Assembly: GCF_000091665.1 (NCBI RefSeq)
Contig: NC_000909.1
Coordinates: 1,086,629-1,118,628, forward strand
Source of the DNA: Methanocaldococcus jannaschii DSM 2661
GTDB taxonomy: Archaea > AGJL01 > Methanococci > Methanococcales > Methanocaldococcaceae
Direction of reading: 5' to 3'
Length of the DNA stretch: 32,000 nucleotides
The position numbers and the translations under genes were made by a program. A model generated the notes under the pieces. That model was not told the origin of the DNA, did not search any database, and was given only the letters and a program-made list of their open reading frames with translations. Positions 19,656 through 30,834 of the stretch are shown here, piece after piece; the stretch's first letter is position 1; the number at the start of each line of letters is the position of its first letter.

Positions 19656-20096
19656 ATGCCAGAGCATATTCTCTCCGGAATAAAGGCAATAGTGGCAATG
19701 AAATTAAGAAGAAAAGGGCTTTTGCAGAAGGAAATAGCAAAAATTATTAAGAGCGATAGGTCAATCGTTTCTCATTATCTCTCTGGGAGGTATCCAAAGG
19801 AAAAAATCTTAAATGTTGCAAAAATTATTGAAGAAATGCCACCACAATATGGAGCAAAGTTTATTCATTCTTTAACTGATAATAAAGAGCTTGCAAAGAA
19901 CTTAATTAAAGAATTATATGGTATAAAACTTTTCTGGGATGAAAATTCCTGCATAGCTTGCGGTTCCTGTTTAGGGTGTGCAGCACTCACACTTGATAAC
20001 TTCACTGTTGGTATAGACGAAGATACCTGCCATCTATGTGCATCTTGCATATTTAGATGTCCAACAAACTCATTAAAATTCATTAAGGAGGAATAA
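19656..20096 (+). CDS. HTH plus ferredoxin-motif fusion protein at the head of the fwd cluster (possibly FwdH-like)
   Basis: The N-terminal segment LLQKEIAKIIKSDRSIVSHYLSGR is HTH-like. The C-terminus has CIACGSCLGC (CX2CX2CX2C) and CHLCASCIFRCP (CX2CX2CX3CP). The stop lies 2 nt before fwdF. Confidence 0.55.
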   Translation: MPEHILSGIKAIVAMKLRRKGLLQKEIAKIIKSDRSIVSHYLSGRYPKEKILNVAKIIEEMPPQYGAKFIHSLTDNKELAKNLIKELYGIKLFWDENSCIACGSCLGCAALTLDNFTVGIDEDTCHLCASCIFRCPTNSLKFIKEE

Positions 20097-20098
20097 CC

Positions 20099-21166
20099 AT
20101 GATTGAGCAAATAAAAGAGGTCTATGAAAATGGATTTACCATATATAGAGATGGTGAAGTAGAAAAAAGAGAACTCTGTTGGAACGATGAACTATGTGTT
20201 GGATGTGGTATCTGTGCAGATATCTGCCCAGTTAATGCCATTGCTATGGGTCCTTTAGGAGCTATTGCTAAAGGAGACATAATAGCTCCAAAATTGGATA
20301 TTGATAAAGATGTCTGTGTTTTATGTGGAATGTGTGCTTCAGCATGTCCATTTGATGCATTGGATTTGAAAATCAATGGTAAATCAATAAAAGAAGATGA
20401 GAGATATCCAAAAATTAAGAGAGATATTAAAGTTTATCAAGACAAGTGTGTTTTATGTGAGCAGTGTGAAATGGTTTGTCCTCAAGGGGCTATAGTTGTT
20501 GAAAGAGAATTGGCAGAGAGGGAGAAGTTTGTTATCGGAGAGATAAACATAAACAAAGAGAAATGTGTTCTATGTGGAATCTGTGCTGAATACTGTCCAG
20601 CTGATGCTATTAATTTAAAATACAACTACCCAACTCCATCAAACCCAAAACCAATAACTGATATTGAAGTTGATAAGGATAAGTGTGTCTTCTGTAAGGT
20701 TTGTGAATTCGTCTGTCCGCATGATGCTATTGAGGTTATCTGTTACAAGTGTCCAATGATGAAGAGAATTCCACAAGCTAAGTTGTATGAGGATATTACA
20801 GGAAAAACAGTTATTGATAAAGATGCATGTGTAACCTGTGGATGGTGTGCCTTTATCTGTCCAGCTGAAGCTATTGAAGTTGAGAAGCCATTCAAAGGAG
20901 AGTTAATAATCGATGTAAATGCATGTAACGCTTGTGGAGCCTGTATTTCCATATGTCCATGTAGTGCATTAGAATTCCCAAAACCAAAAGACAAGGCAGA
21001 AAAAGTTCCAAGAATCATTGTAAATCAAAACCTCTGTGTGTTGTGTGGAGCTTGTGCTAAAGCATGTCCAGTTAATGCTATAAAAGTTAAGAGAACAGAA
21101 ATTAACTTTGAAAGAGAACCAAAGGCAATTGCATGGAAAGAAGCGTTTAAAAAGTTAATGGGTTAA
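20099..21166 (+). CDS. fwdF: Formylmethanofuran dehydrogenase polyferredoxin subunit F
   Basis: Eight CX2CX2CX3CP motifs (CVGCGICADICP ... CVLCGACAKACP). SD GGAGG 7 nt upstream. Confidence 0.9.
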   Translation: MIEQIKEVYENGFTIYRDGEVEKRELCWNDELCVGCGICADICPVNAIAMGPLGAIAKGDIIAPKLDIDKDVCVLCGMCASACPFDALDLKINGKSIKEDERYPKIKRDIKVYQDKCVLCEQCEMVCPQGAIVVERELAEREKFVIGEININKEKCVLCGICAEYCPADAINLKYNYPTPSNPKPITDIEVDKDKCVFCKVCEFVCPHDAIEVICYKCPMMKRIPQAKLYEDITGKTVIDKDACVTCGWCAFICPAEAIEVEKPFKGELIIDVNACNACGACISICPCSALEFPKPKDKAEKVPRIIVNQNLCVLCGACAKACPVNAIKVKRTEINFEREPKAIAWKEAFKKLMG

Positions 21167-21213
21167 ATTGAAAATACCTTAAAGAATATTAAAAATCATT
21201 AAAAGGTGAGGAA

Positions 21214-21462
21214 ATGAAAGCTTATGAGTTGGTAGTTTATCCAGAAAGATGCCACGGATGTGGAAACTGTGTTGTCTCATGCCCAGTTAATGCTAAACAT
21301 CCAGAAACTTGGGGAGGAAAAGGACCTTACAGTGATGATGTAGTTATTAGAGTTGAGAATGGAGTTGTTACTGTAGTCAATCAAGATTTATGTGGTGGAT
21401 GTGGAGCTTGCATAGAAGCATGCCCAGTTAATGCTATAGAGTTAGTTTTTAAAAGAAAATAA
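21214..21462 (+). CDS. fwdG: Formylmethanofuran dehydrogenase subunit G (2x[4Fe-4S])
   Basis: Motifs CHGCGNCVVSCP and CGGCGACIEACP. 82 aa, positioned between fwdF and fwdD. Confidence 0.8.
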   Translation: MKAYELVVYPERCHGCGNCVVSCPVNAKHPETWGGKGPYSDDVVIRVENGVVTVVNQDLCGGCGACIEACPVNAIELVFKRK

Positions 21463-21479
21463 GCTAAATTGGTGAGATA

Positions 21480-21881
21480 ATGAAGTTTTTCTTAAACACA
21501 GGCAGAACTATTTGGCAAGGGGAGGCAATGGAGGCTGGAAAAAACCTTGATTTGTATGTTAAAGCTGCTGGAGTAGTTTATATCAACGAAGAAGATATGG
21601 AGAAATTAGGAGTTAAAGAAGGAGATAAAGTTAAAGTTAAGTCAGAATATGGAGAAGTTGTAGTTTATGTAAAAAAAGCAACTGAAAGAATGCCAGAAGG
21701 AATGATTTACATCCCAATGGGACCTTGGGCAAACTGTGTTGTTAAACCAGACACACACAGCACTGGAATGCCGACATTTAAAGGATATCCTGGCTTTTAC
21801 GTTGAAGTTGAGAAGACAGACGAAGAATTTTTAGATATGAGGTCTTTAATGAGAAAAAAATACATTGAAGCTGTTGAATAA
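21480..21881 (+). CDS. fwdD: Formylmethanofuran dehydrogenase subunit D
   Basis: 133 aa. Resembles the small beta-barrel (molybdopterin-dinucleotide-binding-domain-like) subunit in GRTIWQGEAME..VKVKSEYGEVVVYV. Supported by operon position. Confidence 0.75.
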   Translation: MKFFLNTGRTIWQGEAMEAGKNLDLYVKAAGVVYINEEDMEKLGVKEGDKVKVKSEYGEVVVYVKKATERMPEGMIYIPMGPWANCVVKPDTHSTGMPTFKGYPGFYVEVEKTDEEFLDMRSLMRKKYIEAVE

Positions 21882-21907
21882 ACCAAATATTAATAAATGG
21901 TGATAAG

Positions 21908-23611
21908 ATGGAATATATCATAAAAAATGGAATTGTTTATGACCCATTAAATGGGATTAATGGAGAAAAAATGGATATATGTGTTAAAGATGGAAAGATA
22001 GTTGAGAGCGTCTCTGATAATGCAAAAGTTATTGATGCATCTGGATGCGTAGTAATGCCTGGTGGAATCGATTCACACAGCCACGTTGCAGGGGCAAAGG
22101 TTAACGTCGGAAGAATATTCAGACCAGAAGATAGTAAAAGAGAAATCTATGCTAAAAAAGGATTAAGAACTGGAACAGGATTTTCAGTTCCATCAACCTA
22201 TAAAACAGGTTATCAATATTCAGAAATGGGTTATACAACTGTCATTGAGGCAGCAATGCCCCCATTGATTGCAAGACACACACATGAGGAATTTATGGAG
22301 ACTCCACAAATAGACAAGGCAGCAATGCCATTGTTTGGAAACAACTGGATGGTCTTAGAGTATTTAAAAGAAGGAGACATTAAGGCATGTGCTGCTTTTG
22401 TTGCATGGCTGTTAAAGGCTGTTAAAGGATTTGCTATAAAGATAGTTAATCCAGGAGGAACAGAAGCTTGGGGTTGGGGTAAAAACGTTCATAGCTTAGA
22501 TGACCCAGTTCCATACTTTGATATAACACCAAGAGAGATTGTTAGAGGTTTAGCAGAGGTTAATGAGTTACTTGGTTTGCCTCACTCAATCCACGTCCAT
22601 CCAAACAACTTAGGACATCCAGGAAACTGGGAGACAACATTAGAGACAATGAAGTGTGTTGAAGGCGTTGAGGCAAAACCAAGAGTTGGAGAGAGGGAAA
22701 CATCATACTACAACACACATTGCCAATTTCACTCCTATGGAGGGACTTCATGGAAGGACTTTGAAAGTAAGGCAATAGAGATAGCTGAATATGTAAATAA
22801 ATCAAAACACGTTGTTATTGATGTTGGACAAGTTACCTTAGATGAAACAACAACAATGACTGCAGATGGACCAATGGAGTATGATTTACACATGACTAAT
22901 GGATTGAAGTGGGCAAACTGTGATGTTGAGCTTGAGACAGGTTCTGGAGTAGTTCCTTTCATTTACAGCCCAAAAGGTCCAGTTTATGCTGTCCAATGGG
23001 CAATTGGTTTAGAACTCTTCCTAAATACAAACACAGATAAGGTATTATTAACAACCGACCATCCAAACGCAGGGCCTTTCACAAGATATCCAAGAGTTAT
23101 TGCATGGTTAATGAGTAAGAAGTATAGGGATGAATGGTTATACAACAAAGTTCATAAGTGGGCACAGCAAAGAAGCCATGTAGCGGATGCTGATAAAGAA
23201 TACGACTTATATGAAATAGCAAAAATAACAAGAGCTAACCAAGCTAAGGTTTTAGGATTGAGTGAGACAAAAGGACACTTAGGAGTTGGAGCTGAGGCTG
23301 ACATAGCAATATATGCAATAGACCCAGAAGAGAAAGATGGTAAGAAGATTGAAAAGGCATTTAGATATGCTAAGTATGTATTGAAGGGAGGAGAAGTAGT
23401 TGTTAAGGATGGAAACGTTGTTAAAGAAGTCTTTGGAGACACAATCTATGTAGATGTGCAGGTGGGAGAGGACTTAATGAATGAAGTCCTTAAAGATGTT
23501 GGGGAGAAGTTTAGAAGATACTACTCAGTTAACTTAGAGAACTACCCAGTTTCAGATGAATATGCAAACAGCTGGAGAGTTATAAAGATAGATGCAACTG
23601 ATATAAACTAA
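21908..23611 (+). CDS. fwdA: Formylmethanofuran dehydrogenase subunit A (amidohydrolase fold)
   Basis: N-terminal metal-binding PGGIDSHSHV. 567 aa, supported by operon context. SD GGTGAT upstream. Confidence 0.85.
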   Translation: MEYIIKNGIVYDPLNGINGEKMDICVKDGKIVESVSDNAKVIDASGCVVMPGGIDSHSHVAGAKVNVGRIFRPEDSKREIYAKKGLRTGTGFSVPSTYKTGYQYSEMGYTTVIEAAMPPLIARHTHEEFMETPQIDKAAMPLFGNNWMVLEYLKEGDIKACAAFVAWLLKAVKGFAIKIVNPGGTEAWGWGKNVHSLDDPVPYFDITPREIVRGLAEVNELLGLPHSIHVHPNNLGHPGNWETTLETMKCVEGVEAKPRVGERETSYYNTHCQFHSYGGTSWKDFESKAIEIAEYVNKSKHVVIDVGQVTLDETTTMTADGPMEYDLHMTNGLKWANCDVELETGSGVVPFIYSPKGPVYAVQWAIGLELFLNTNTDKVLLTTDHPNAGPFTRYPRVIAWLMSKKYRDEWLYNKVHKWAQQRSHVADADKEYDLYEIAKITRANQAKVLGLSETKGHLGVGAEADIAIYAIDPEEKDGKKIEKAFRYAKYVLKGGEVVVKDGNVVKEVFGDTIYVDVQVGEDLMNEVLKDVGEKFRRYYSVNLENYPVSDEYANSWRVIKIDATDIN

Positions 23612-23652
23612 ATATCCTTTTCTTTCTAAAATTTAATTTTTAAGTGATTTTG

Positions 23653-23913
23653 ATGATAACTTCCACAACTGACAACTTAGAAGGTTTTAAAATTGTAAAA
23701 TATTTGGGTGTTGTAATCGGCTATGGTGATGACCCAGACGATGCCTTAGAAGATTTAATAGATGTAGCTGAAGATATGGGAGCTAATGCAGTTATTGGAA
23801 TAAGAATCTCTAATGAATTAACAACTGAAATCATATCTGATGAAAACTATGCAGTTCCAGAATTAACCTACTATGCATATGGAACGGCTGTTATAGTTGA
23901 GAAAATTGACTGA
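23653..23913 (+). CDS. UPF0145/YbjQ-like small protein inserted between fwdA and fwdC
   Basis: MITSTTDNLEGFKIVKYLGVVIG..ANAVIGIRI resembles the YbjQ family. SD GTGAT at 23644-23648 followed by ATG23653. Confidence 0.5.
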   Translation: MITSTTDNLEGFKIVKYLGVVIGYGDDPDDALEDLIDVAEDMGANAVIGIRISNELTTEIISDENYAVPELTYYAYGTAVIVEKID

Positions 23914-23938
23914 TAAAAAATAATAAGCCGGTGATGGT

Positions 23939-24760
23939 ATGAAGGAGTTAATTCTAACATTACAAAAGGAAATTATTGTTCCAGTAGAGATGGATAAAGT
24001 ATTGCCAGAAGTTATTGAGAACATGAGCTTAGAGGAAATAAAAAACATTGAGTTAGTCCAAGGAAGAAAAAGAATTAAAGTTGCTGACATCTTTGATGTT
24101 GAATTAAATGATATTGAAGGAGAACCAAGAATTGTAATTAAAAACTCAAGTCCAAAATTAAAATACATTGGTTCAAAGATGACAAAGGGAGAGATTGTTG
24201 TTGAAGGAGATGCTGGAATGTATGTTGGGGCAGAGATGAAGGGAGGAAAGATAGTTGTTAATGGAAATGCTGAGAGCTGGGCTGGACAGAATATGAAAGG
24301 AGGAGAGCTTTTAATCAAAGGAAATGCAGGAGATTACGTTGGTTCTGCGTATAGGGGAGACTGGAGAGGTATGAGTGGAGGAACAATTATTGTTGAAGGA
24401 AACGCTGGAAATGAGATTGGAGAGTTTATGAGTAAAGGTCTCATACATATAAAAGGAAATGTTGGAATAATGGCTGGAATTCATCAAAATGGAGGAATAA
24501 TTATTATTGATGGAGATGTTGATGTGAGAGTTGGAGGAGAGATGAAGGCAGGAGCTATAGTTGTCTATGGAAAGGTTGAAGAGATTTTACCTTCATTCAA
24601 GTTTGAGGGTATTGTGGAGAATCCAGTTATAAAATTAAGTAAAAAAGACGCTGGAACACCAATAGCAGGAACCTTCTATAAGTTTAGTGGAGATTATGTC
24701 TATAATAAACCAAAAGGGCAGTTATATATTTCAGTTGATAGCAATCCAGATTTAATTTAA
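23939..24760 (+). CDS. fwdC: Formylmethanofuran dehydrogenase subunit C
   Basis: Repeating beta-helix motif G.AG..(V/A)G..M.GG.I.V.G, present several times (GDAGMYVGAEMKGGKIVVNG, GNAGDYVGSAY..). Confidence 0.85.
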   Translation: MKELILTLQKEIIVPVEMDKVLPEVIENMSLEEIKNIELVQGRKRIKVADIFDVELNDIEGEPRIVIKNSSPKLKYIGSKMTKGEIVVEGDAGMYVGAEMKGGKIVVNGNAESWAGQNMKGGELLIKGNAGDYVGSAYRGDWRGMSGGTIIVEGNAGNEIGEFMSKGLIHIKGNVGIMAGIHQNGGIIIIDGDVDVRVGGEMKAGAIVVYGKVEEILPSFKFEGIVENPVIKLSKKDAGTPIAGTFYKFSGDYVYNKPKGQLYISVDSNPDLI

Positions 24761-24847
24761 TTTTGAAAAACATATTTCTTATTTTTCTACAAAGTTTCAT
24801 AAAATCTCAATAGAAATTCTTTTTTATTATCGAAGCATAAAACTATT

Positions 24848-24895
24848 TATACAAATATTTGTATAATATTAATATCACATTAATGCCACATTAAT
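24848..24895. promoter_or_regulatory. Putative TA promoter/operator: 18-bp perfect palindrome plus 9-bp direct repeat
   Basis: TATACAAATATTTGTATA at 24848-24865. CACATTAAT occurs at 24876-24884 and 24887-24895, 11 bp apart. All lie within 60 nt upstream of ATG24908. Confidence 0.4.
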
Positions 24896-24907
24896 AAGGT
24901 GATTTTA

Positions 24908-25153
24908 ATGGTTAAAGCAATAGTTGATATTACTGATGAAAATAACAGAATAATAAATATAGTCAAAGCAAAATACAATTTAAGAGATAAAAGCCAGGCT
25001 ATAAACAAAATAATAGAAGAATATGCAGAATTTCTGTTAGAGGACGAACTAAAACCAGAATATATTGAAAAAATTAGAAACATTATGAAAAATGAAAAAC
25101 CTATATACATTGGCTCTATTGAAAATCTAAAAAAGAGATATTTAGGTGAATAA
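24908..25153 (+). CDS. Putative antitoxin (small DNA-binding partner of the downstream RelE-like toxin)
   Basis: 81 aa. SD GGTGAT at 24898-24903. The stop is immediately followed by the toxin ATG (taaATG). The N-terminus VKAIVDITDENNRIINIVKAKYNL.KSQAINKIIEEY looks like a small DNA-binding fold. Confidence 0.5.
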   Translation: MVKAIVDITDENNRIINIVKAKYNLRDKSQAINKIIEEYAEFLLEDELKPEYIEKIRNIMKNEKPIYIGSIENLKKRYLGE

Positions 25154-25438
25154 ATGTATGAAATCGAAATAATGCCTTCATTGGATAAAATACTTCAAAA
25201 ACTTTCAAAGAGAGACAAAAAGAAATTAAAAGCAATATTAAAGAAAATGGAAGAGATTACTCAAAATCCACACCATTATAAAAACCTAAGACATCCTTTA
25301 AATGATTTTAAAAGAGTTCATATCGATAAAAGCTTTGTTCTTGTTTTCACCGTTGATGAGAATAATAAAACAGTTATTTTCGTTGATTTTGACCATCATG
25401 ACAACATTTATAAAAAGAAAAAGCTATTTAAAGATTAA
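25154..25438 (+). CDS. RelE/ParE-superfamily toxin (archaeal RelE-like)
   Basis: 94 aa. The layout ..LKKMEEITQNPHHYKNLRHPLNDFKRVHIDKSFVLVFTVDENNKTVIFVDFDHHDNIY is typical of the family. The SD GGTGA is embedded in the antitoxin 3' end. Confidence 0.65.
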   Translation: MYEIEIMPSLDKILQKLSKRDKKKLKAILKKMEEITQNPHHYKNLRHPLNDFKRVHIDKSFVLVFTVDENNKTVIFVDFDHHDNIYKKKKLFKD

Positions 25439-25447
25439 CTCTTAAGT

Positions 25448-27079
<1,632 letters not shown>

Positions 27080-27154
27080 TTAAATAAACCAAATTAAGAT
27101 AAATAAAAACAAAATAATAATAATATAGATAATAAAATAAAAAATATAAAAATT

Positions 27155-28279
27155 TTATAAGCTACACGGATGAATAAATCCTCCCTTAATCATCAAATCA
27201 GCTAAGGTTATAGCAACCATTGCTTCAGCCACTGGAACAATCCTTGGAACTATAACTGGGTCGTGTCTTCCTTCAATTTCAATTTCAACATTTTCTAAGG
27301 TTTTTAAATTTATGGTTTTTTGCTTTTTACCTATTGAAGGTGTTGGCTTTACTGCAATTCTTAAAACTATTGGAGTTCCACAGCTAATTCCTCCCAATAT
27401 GCCACCGCAGTTGTTTGTTTTGAATCTTATATTTTTGTCGTCATCAAAATACATCTCATCGTTCATCTCACTTCCATACATCTCAGCCGCTTTAAAACCA
27501 GCCCCTATCTCAACTCCTTTAACAGCATTTATACTCATTAAAGCTCTTGCCAATTCTCCATTTAACTTATTGAATATTGGATTTCCAACTCCAACAGGAA
27601 CATTTAATGCAACAATTTCAACAACTCCTCCAACACTATCTTTATTTTCCATTGCCTTTAAAACATACTCCTCCATCTCTTTCTCATTCATTGATGGACA
27701 TCTCAATGGATTACTTTCAATAATCTCTATTAATCTCTCTAAGGATTTTTCATTTTCAAAAACCTCTGGATTTTTATAGTAGCTGAAATCTCCTTCAATC
27801 TTTCCAATCTTTATGGTATAACCAATAATTTTTATGTTGTATGTGTAAGATAGAAGCTTTTTAGCAATAGCTCCTCCAATAACATGCCCTATCGTTACTC
27901 TACCACTTGCCCTTCCTCCTCCCCTATAATCATAGTTTTTATACTTCAATCTATAGGTTAAATCTGCATGTCCAGGTCTTGGTGTATCTTTAATTTTTGA
28001 GTAATCTTTAGGTCTCATGTTTTTGTTATAGACTATTGAGCAAATAGGAGCTCCAGTAGTTTTCCCCTCAAAAATTCCTGATAAGATTTCAACTTTATCC
28101 TCTTCTTTTCTTGGTGTTGAGAAGATGCTCTGCCCTGGTCTTCTCCTGTCAAGCTCTTTTTGGATATCCTCTTCAGATAAAGGCAGATTAGCTGGACATC
28201 CATCAACAACTGCTCCAACAGCCTTTCCATGACTTTCTCCAAAAACTGTAACTCTAAACATATCCCCATAGGTGTTCAT
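27155..28279 (-). CDS. aroC: Chorismate synthase
   Basis: Motifs FGESHG, RPGHADLTY and GGGRASGR. GGTGACATTAATG supports a start at 28279; the track start is a TTG inside the SD. Confidence 0.95.
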   Translation of the reverse strand: MNTYGDMFRVTVFGESHGKAVGAVVDGCPANLPLSEEDIQKELDRRRPGQSIFSTPRKEEDKVEILSGIFEGKTTGAPICSIVYNKNMRPKDYSKIKDTPRPGHADLTYRLKYKNYDYRGGGRASGRVTIGHVIGGAIAKKLLSYTYNIKIIGYTIKIGKIEGDFSYYKNPEVFENEKSLERLIEIIESNPLRCPSMNEKEMEEYVLKAMENKDSVGGVVEIVALNVPVGVGNPIFNKLNGELARALMSINAVKGVEIGAGFKAAEMYGSEMNDEMYFDDDKNIRFKTNNCGGILGGISCGTPIVLRIAVKPTPSIGKKQKTINLKTLENVEIEIEGRHDPVIVPRIVPVAEAMVAITLADLMIKGGFIHPCSL

Positions 28280-28356
28280 TAATGTCACCAAAAATTTTTA
28301 ATTGCTTAGTTTTACATTTAAAATAAAAATTAAAATAGTCAAAAAATAAAAAAGGT

Positions 28357-29649
28357 TTATCTGTAGAGAACATCCAAGTGTGCTGGTTCCTTAACTTTAA
28401 CTTTCTTTTTCTCCATAATCTTCTCAACTGCCTTTCTAAAGTCATCCATTGTTACATAGTCCCTTAACTCCCTAATTGCATTCATCCCTGCCTCTGTGCA
28501 GATTGCCTTTAACTCAGCCCCTACACATCCTTCAGTCATCTTAGCTATTTCTTCTAAATTGACATCTTCCGCTAAATTCATCTTTCTTGTATGAATCTTC
28601 AATATCTCCAATCTACCCTTCTCATCAGGAGCTGGGACTTCTATGATTCTATCAAATCTTCCAGGTCTTAATATTGCAGGGTCTAAAATGTCAGGTCTGT
28701 TTGTGGCCCCAATTATCTTAACATCTCCCCTTGCATCGAATCCATCCATCTCTGCCAACAACTGCATTAATGTTCTCTGAACTTCCCTATCTCCACCAGT
28801 TAAAGCGTCTGTTCTCTTTGCTGCAATAGCATCAATCTCATCTATGAATATGATTGAAGGAGCTTTTTCTTTAGCCAATTTGAATATATCTTTAACTAAC
28901 GAAGCCCCCTCTCCAATAAACTTCTTAACCAATTCAGAACCAACAACTCTTATAAAGGTAGCATTTGTTTCTGTAGCAACAGCTTTAGCTAATAATGTCT
29001 TTCCAGTTCCTGGTGGTCCGTAAAGCAGAATACCTTTTGGTGGTTCAATTCCAACCTTTTCAAACAATTCTGGATGTTTCAATGGGAGTTCAACAACTTC
29101 TCTAATTTCTTGCATTTGTTTCTCTAATCCACCAATATCTTCATATCTAACATTTGGTCTTTCATCAACTTCCATTGCTTTAGCTCTGTAGTCTTTATTT
29201 TCTGGCAATACATCAACAACTGTTAATGTTTGCTGATTTAAACAGACTCTCTTTCCAGGGGCTAAATCATCTGGATTTACAAAGTGAGAGACATTAACTA
29301 AGAAACTTGGGCCTGTTGAGCTTTTGACAACTACTTTTCTCTCTCCTACTTTATCAACTACAGTTCCAACTATCAATGGAGGGACTCTCATTCTATCTAA
29401 TTCTCTTCTTAAAATCTCATTTTCTTTCATTAACTGTAAATTCTCTCTTTCAAGCTCTTTTTTCTCTAATTCTAATTTTAGGATTCTACTTTCTAATTCT
29501 GCAATTCTTGCCTTTTCTTGGAGTTCCTCTTTAAGTAAATCATTTTTTAAGTTAGAATTATCGTTTATTTCCTTTTCTTCTTTAAATTCTTCAGTAAATG
29601 CTTTCTTTTCTTTCTTCAATTCAGTTGAAATAAATTCTTCAAAAACCAT
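28357..29649 (-). CDS. pan: Proteasome-activating nucleotidase
   Basis: N-terminal coiled coil, OB region, Walker A GPPGTGKT, Walker B IIFIDEID, and a C-terminal HbYX motif LYR (nt 28360-28368). SD GGTGAT upstream. Confidence 0.95.
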   Translation of the reverse strand: MVFEEFISTELKKEKKAFTEEFKEEKEINDNSNLKNDLLKEELQEKARIAELESRILKLELEKKELERENLQLMKENEILRRELDRMRVPPLIVGTVVDKVGERKVVVKSSTGPSFLVNVSHFVNPDDLAPGKRVCLNQQTLTVVDVLPENKDYRAKAMEVDERPNVRYEDIGGLEKQMQEIREVVELPLKHPELFEKVGIEPPKGILLYGPPGTGKTLLAKAVATETNATFIRVVGSELVKKFIGEGASLVKDIFKLAKEKAPSIIFIDEIDAIAAKRTDALTGGDREVQRTLMQLLAEMDGFDARGDVKIIGATNRPDILDPAILRPGRFDRIIEVPAPDEKGRLEILKIHTRKMNLAEDVNLEEIAKMTEGCVGAELKAICTEAGMNAIRELRDYVTMDDFRKAVEKIMEKKKVKVKEPAHLDVLYR

Positions 29650-29770
29650 AATATCACCGGTAAATTTAAGTTAAGTGAAGGGAATATTATAATCATTTTA
29701 TTTTATTATGGATTATCATTTATATACCATATGGAATTATAATAAAAATTCTTATATTTAAATTTTATGT

Positions 29771-30817
29771 CTAATCGCTTAGCTCTTCATACACTTTTCT
29801 AACACCCATTACACATTTTTCCCAAGAAAATTTTTTTGAAAATTCTTTTCCATTTTCCCCCAAAGTTTTTCTTAGTTCTTCATTATTTATTAACTCCAGA
29901 ATTTTTTCTTTTAAATCATTTGGGTTATTTTTCTCAGCCAATAGTCCGTTATATCCATCAATAACAATCTCCCCCAACCCCCCAACCCTTGTGGCTATTA
30001 CAGGCTTAGAGCAAGCCATTCCTTCAACAGCCACCATTCCAAAACCTTCACTTCTTGAAGGAACTACTAAAAAACTACACTTCCTCATAAATGAAGCTAC
30101 TTCATCAAAACTTTTTCTTCCTAAGAGTTCAATATGGCTTAAATTATTTTTAACAACAAAGTTCTCTATTTTTTTGTATAACTTCCCATCCCCTATGAGT
30201 TTAAAATTAAAATCTATATCTTTTATTGCATCTATTAAAATATCGACTCCTTTTTGTGGAACAAAAGCTCCAACAAACAATCCAAAGTTATAATCTCCCT
30301 CATTGTATAGAATTTCTTTATTTACTCCGTTGTATATAACAATAGCCCTATTTTTTAAATTCTCATCTAATTGATTTTTTATATATTTACTTACACAGAT
30401 GATTTTATCGGAATTAGTTGTGGCATATTTAAAAAAATATCTCCCCTTTATGGAGTTTTTTAATATTAAAGCATCACTTCCGTGAAGAGTTAATATATGT
30501 GGAATAGATAGTTTATTTTTTAATAAAGCCCCAACACAACCCTGTGGAAACGCATAATGGGAATGAATTAAATCAATACCTTCACTCTCAATGATATTTT
30601 TTCCTATTTTATAGGCATTTATAAGATAACTAATTCCCCTAAATTTTTTTAGGTGAGGGACGTTATGAATAATTACATTTTTATATTCGTTTTCTTCATA
30701 ACTATCATAGGTTAATATATGAAACTCAATATCTTTTAAACGCTTTACCAAATTTTCTACATGTAAGGTGATTCCCCCAATATAAGGATAGTATATACTT
30801 GGCATTAAAACTTTCAT
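29771..30817 (-). CDS. GT-B fold glycosyltransferase, family 4-like
   Basis: EX7E motif EGFGMVAVEGMA, followed by KPVIATRVGG. The SD GTGAT is part of the palindrome at 30821-30832, which supports ATG at 30817. Confidence 0.8.
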   Translation of the reverse strand: MKVLMPSIYYPYIGGITLHVENLVKRLKDIEFHILTYDSYEENEYKNVIIHNVPHLKKFRGISYLINAYKIGKNIIESEGIDLIHSHYAFPQGCVGALLKNKLSIPHILTLHGSDALILKNSIKGRYFFKYATTNSDKIICVSKYIKNQLDENLKNRAIVIYNGVNKEILYNEGDYNFGLFVGAFVPQKGVDILIDAIKDIDFNFKLIGDGKLYKKIENFVVKNNLSHIELLGRKSFDEVASFMRKCSFLVVPSRSEGFGMVAVEGMACSKPVIATRVGGLGEIVIDGYNGLLAEKNNPNDLKEKILELINNEELRKTLGENGKEFSKKFSWEKCVMGVRKVYEELSD

Positions 30818-30820
30818 AAT

Positions 30821-30832
30821 TATCACGTGATA
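30821..30832. promoter_or_regulatory. Perfect 12-bp palindrome TATCACGTGATA giving GTGAT SD boxes on both strands
   Basis: Lies between the divergent ATGs at 30817 (-) and 30835 (+). GTGAT is 3 nt from the + ATG and 4 nt from the - ATG. Confidence 0.6.
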
Positions 30833-30834
30833 CT

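Noticed and set aside
20122-23442. Minus-strand ORFs (75-96 aa) antisense to fwdF and fwdA. The same applies to those opposite the radical SAM, gatA, pyrG, aroC, pan and GT4 genes.
   Set aside because: Same reasoning: they are shadow frames with no initiation signals and no recognisable motifs.
28254-28445. A 63-aa minus-strand ORF spanning the aroC start and the pan stop region.
   Set aside because: It overlaps two well-supported genes and the AT-rich spacer, has no SD, and is basic low-complexity sequence.
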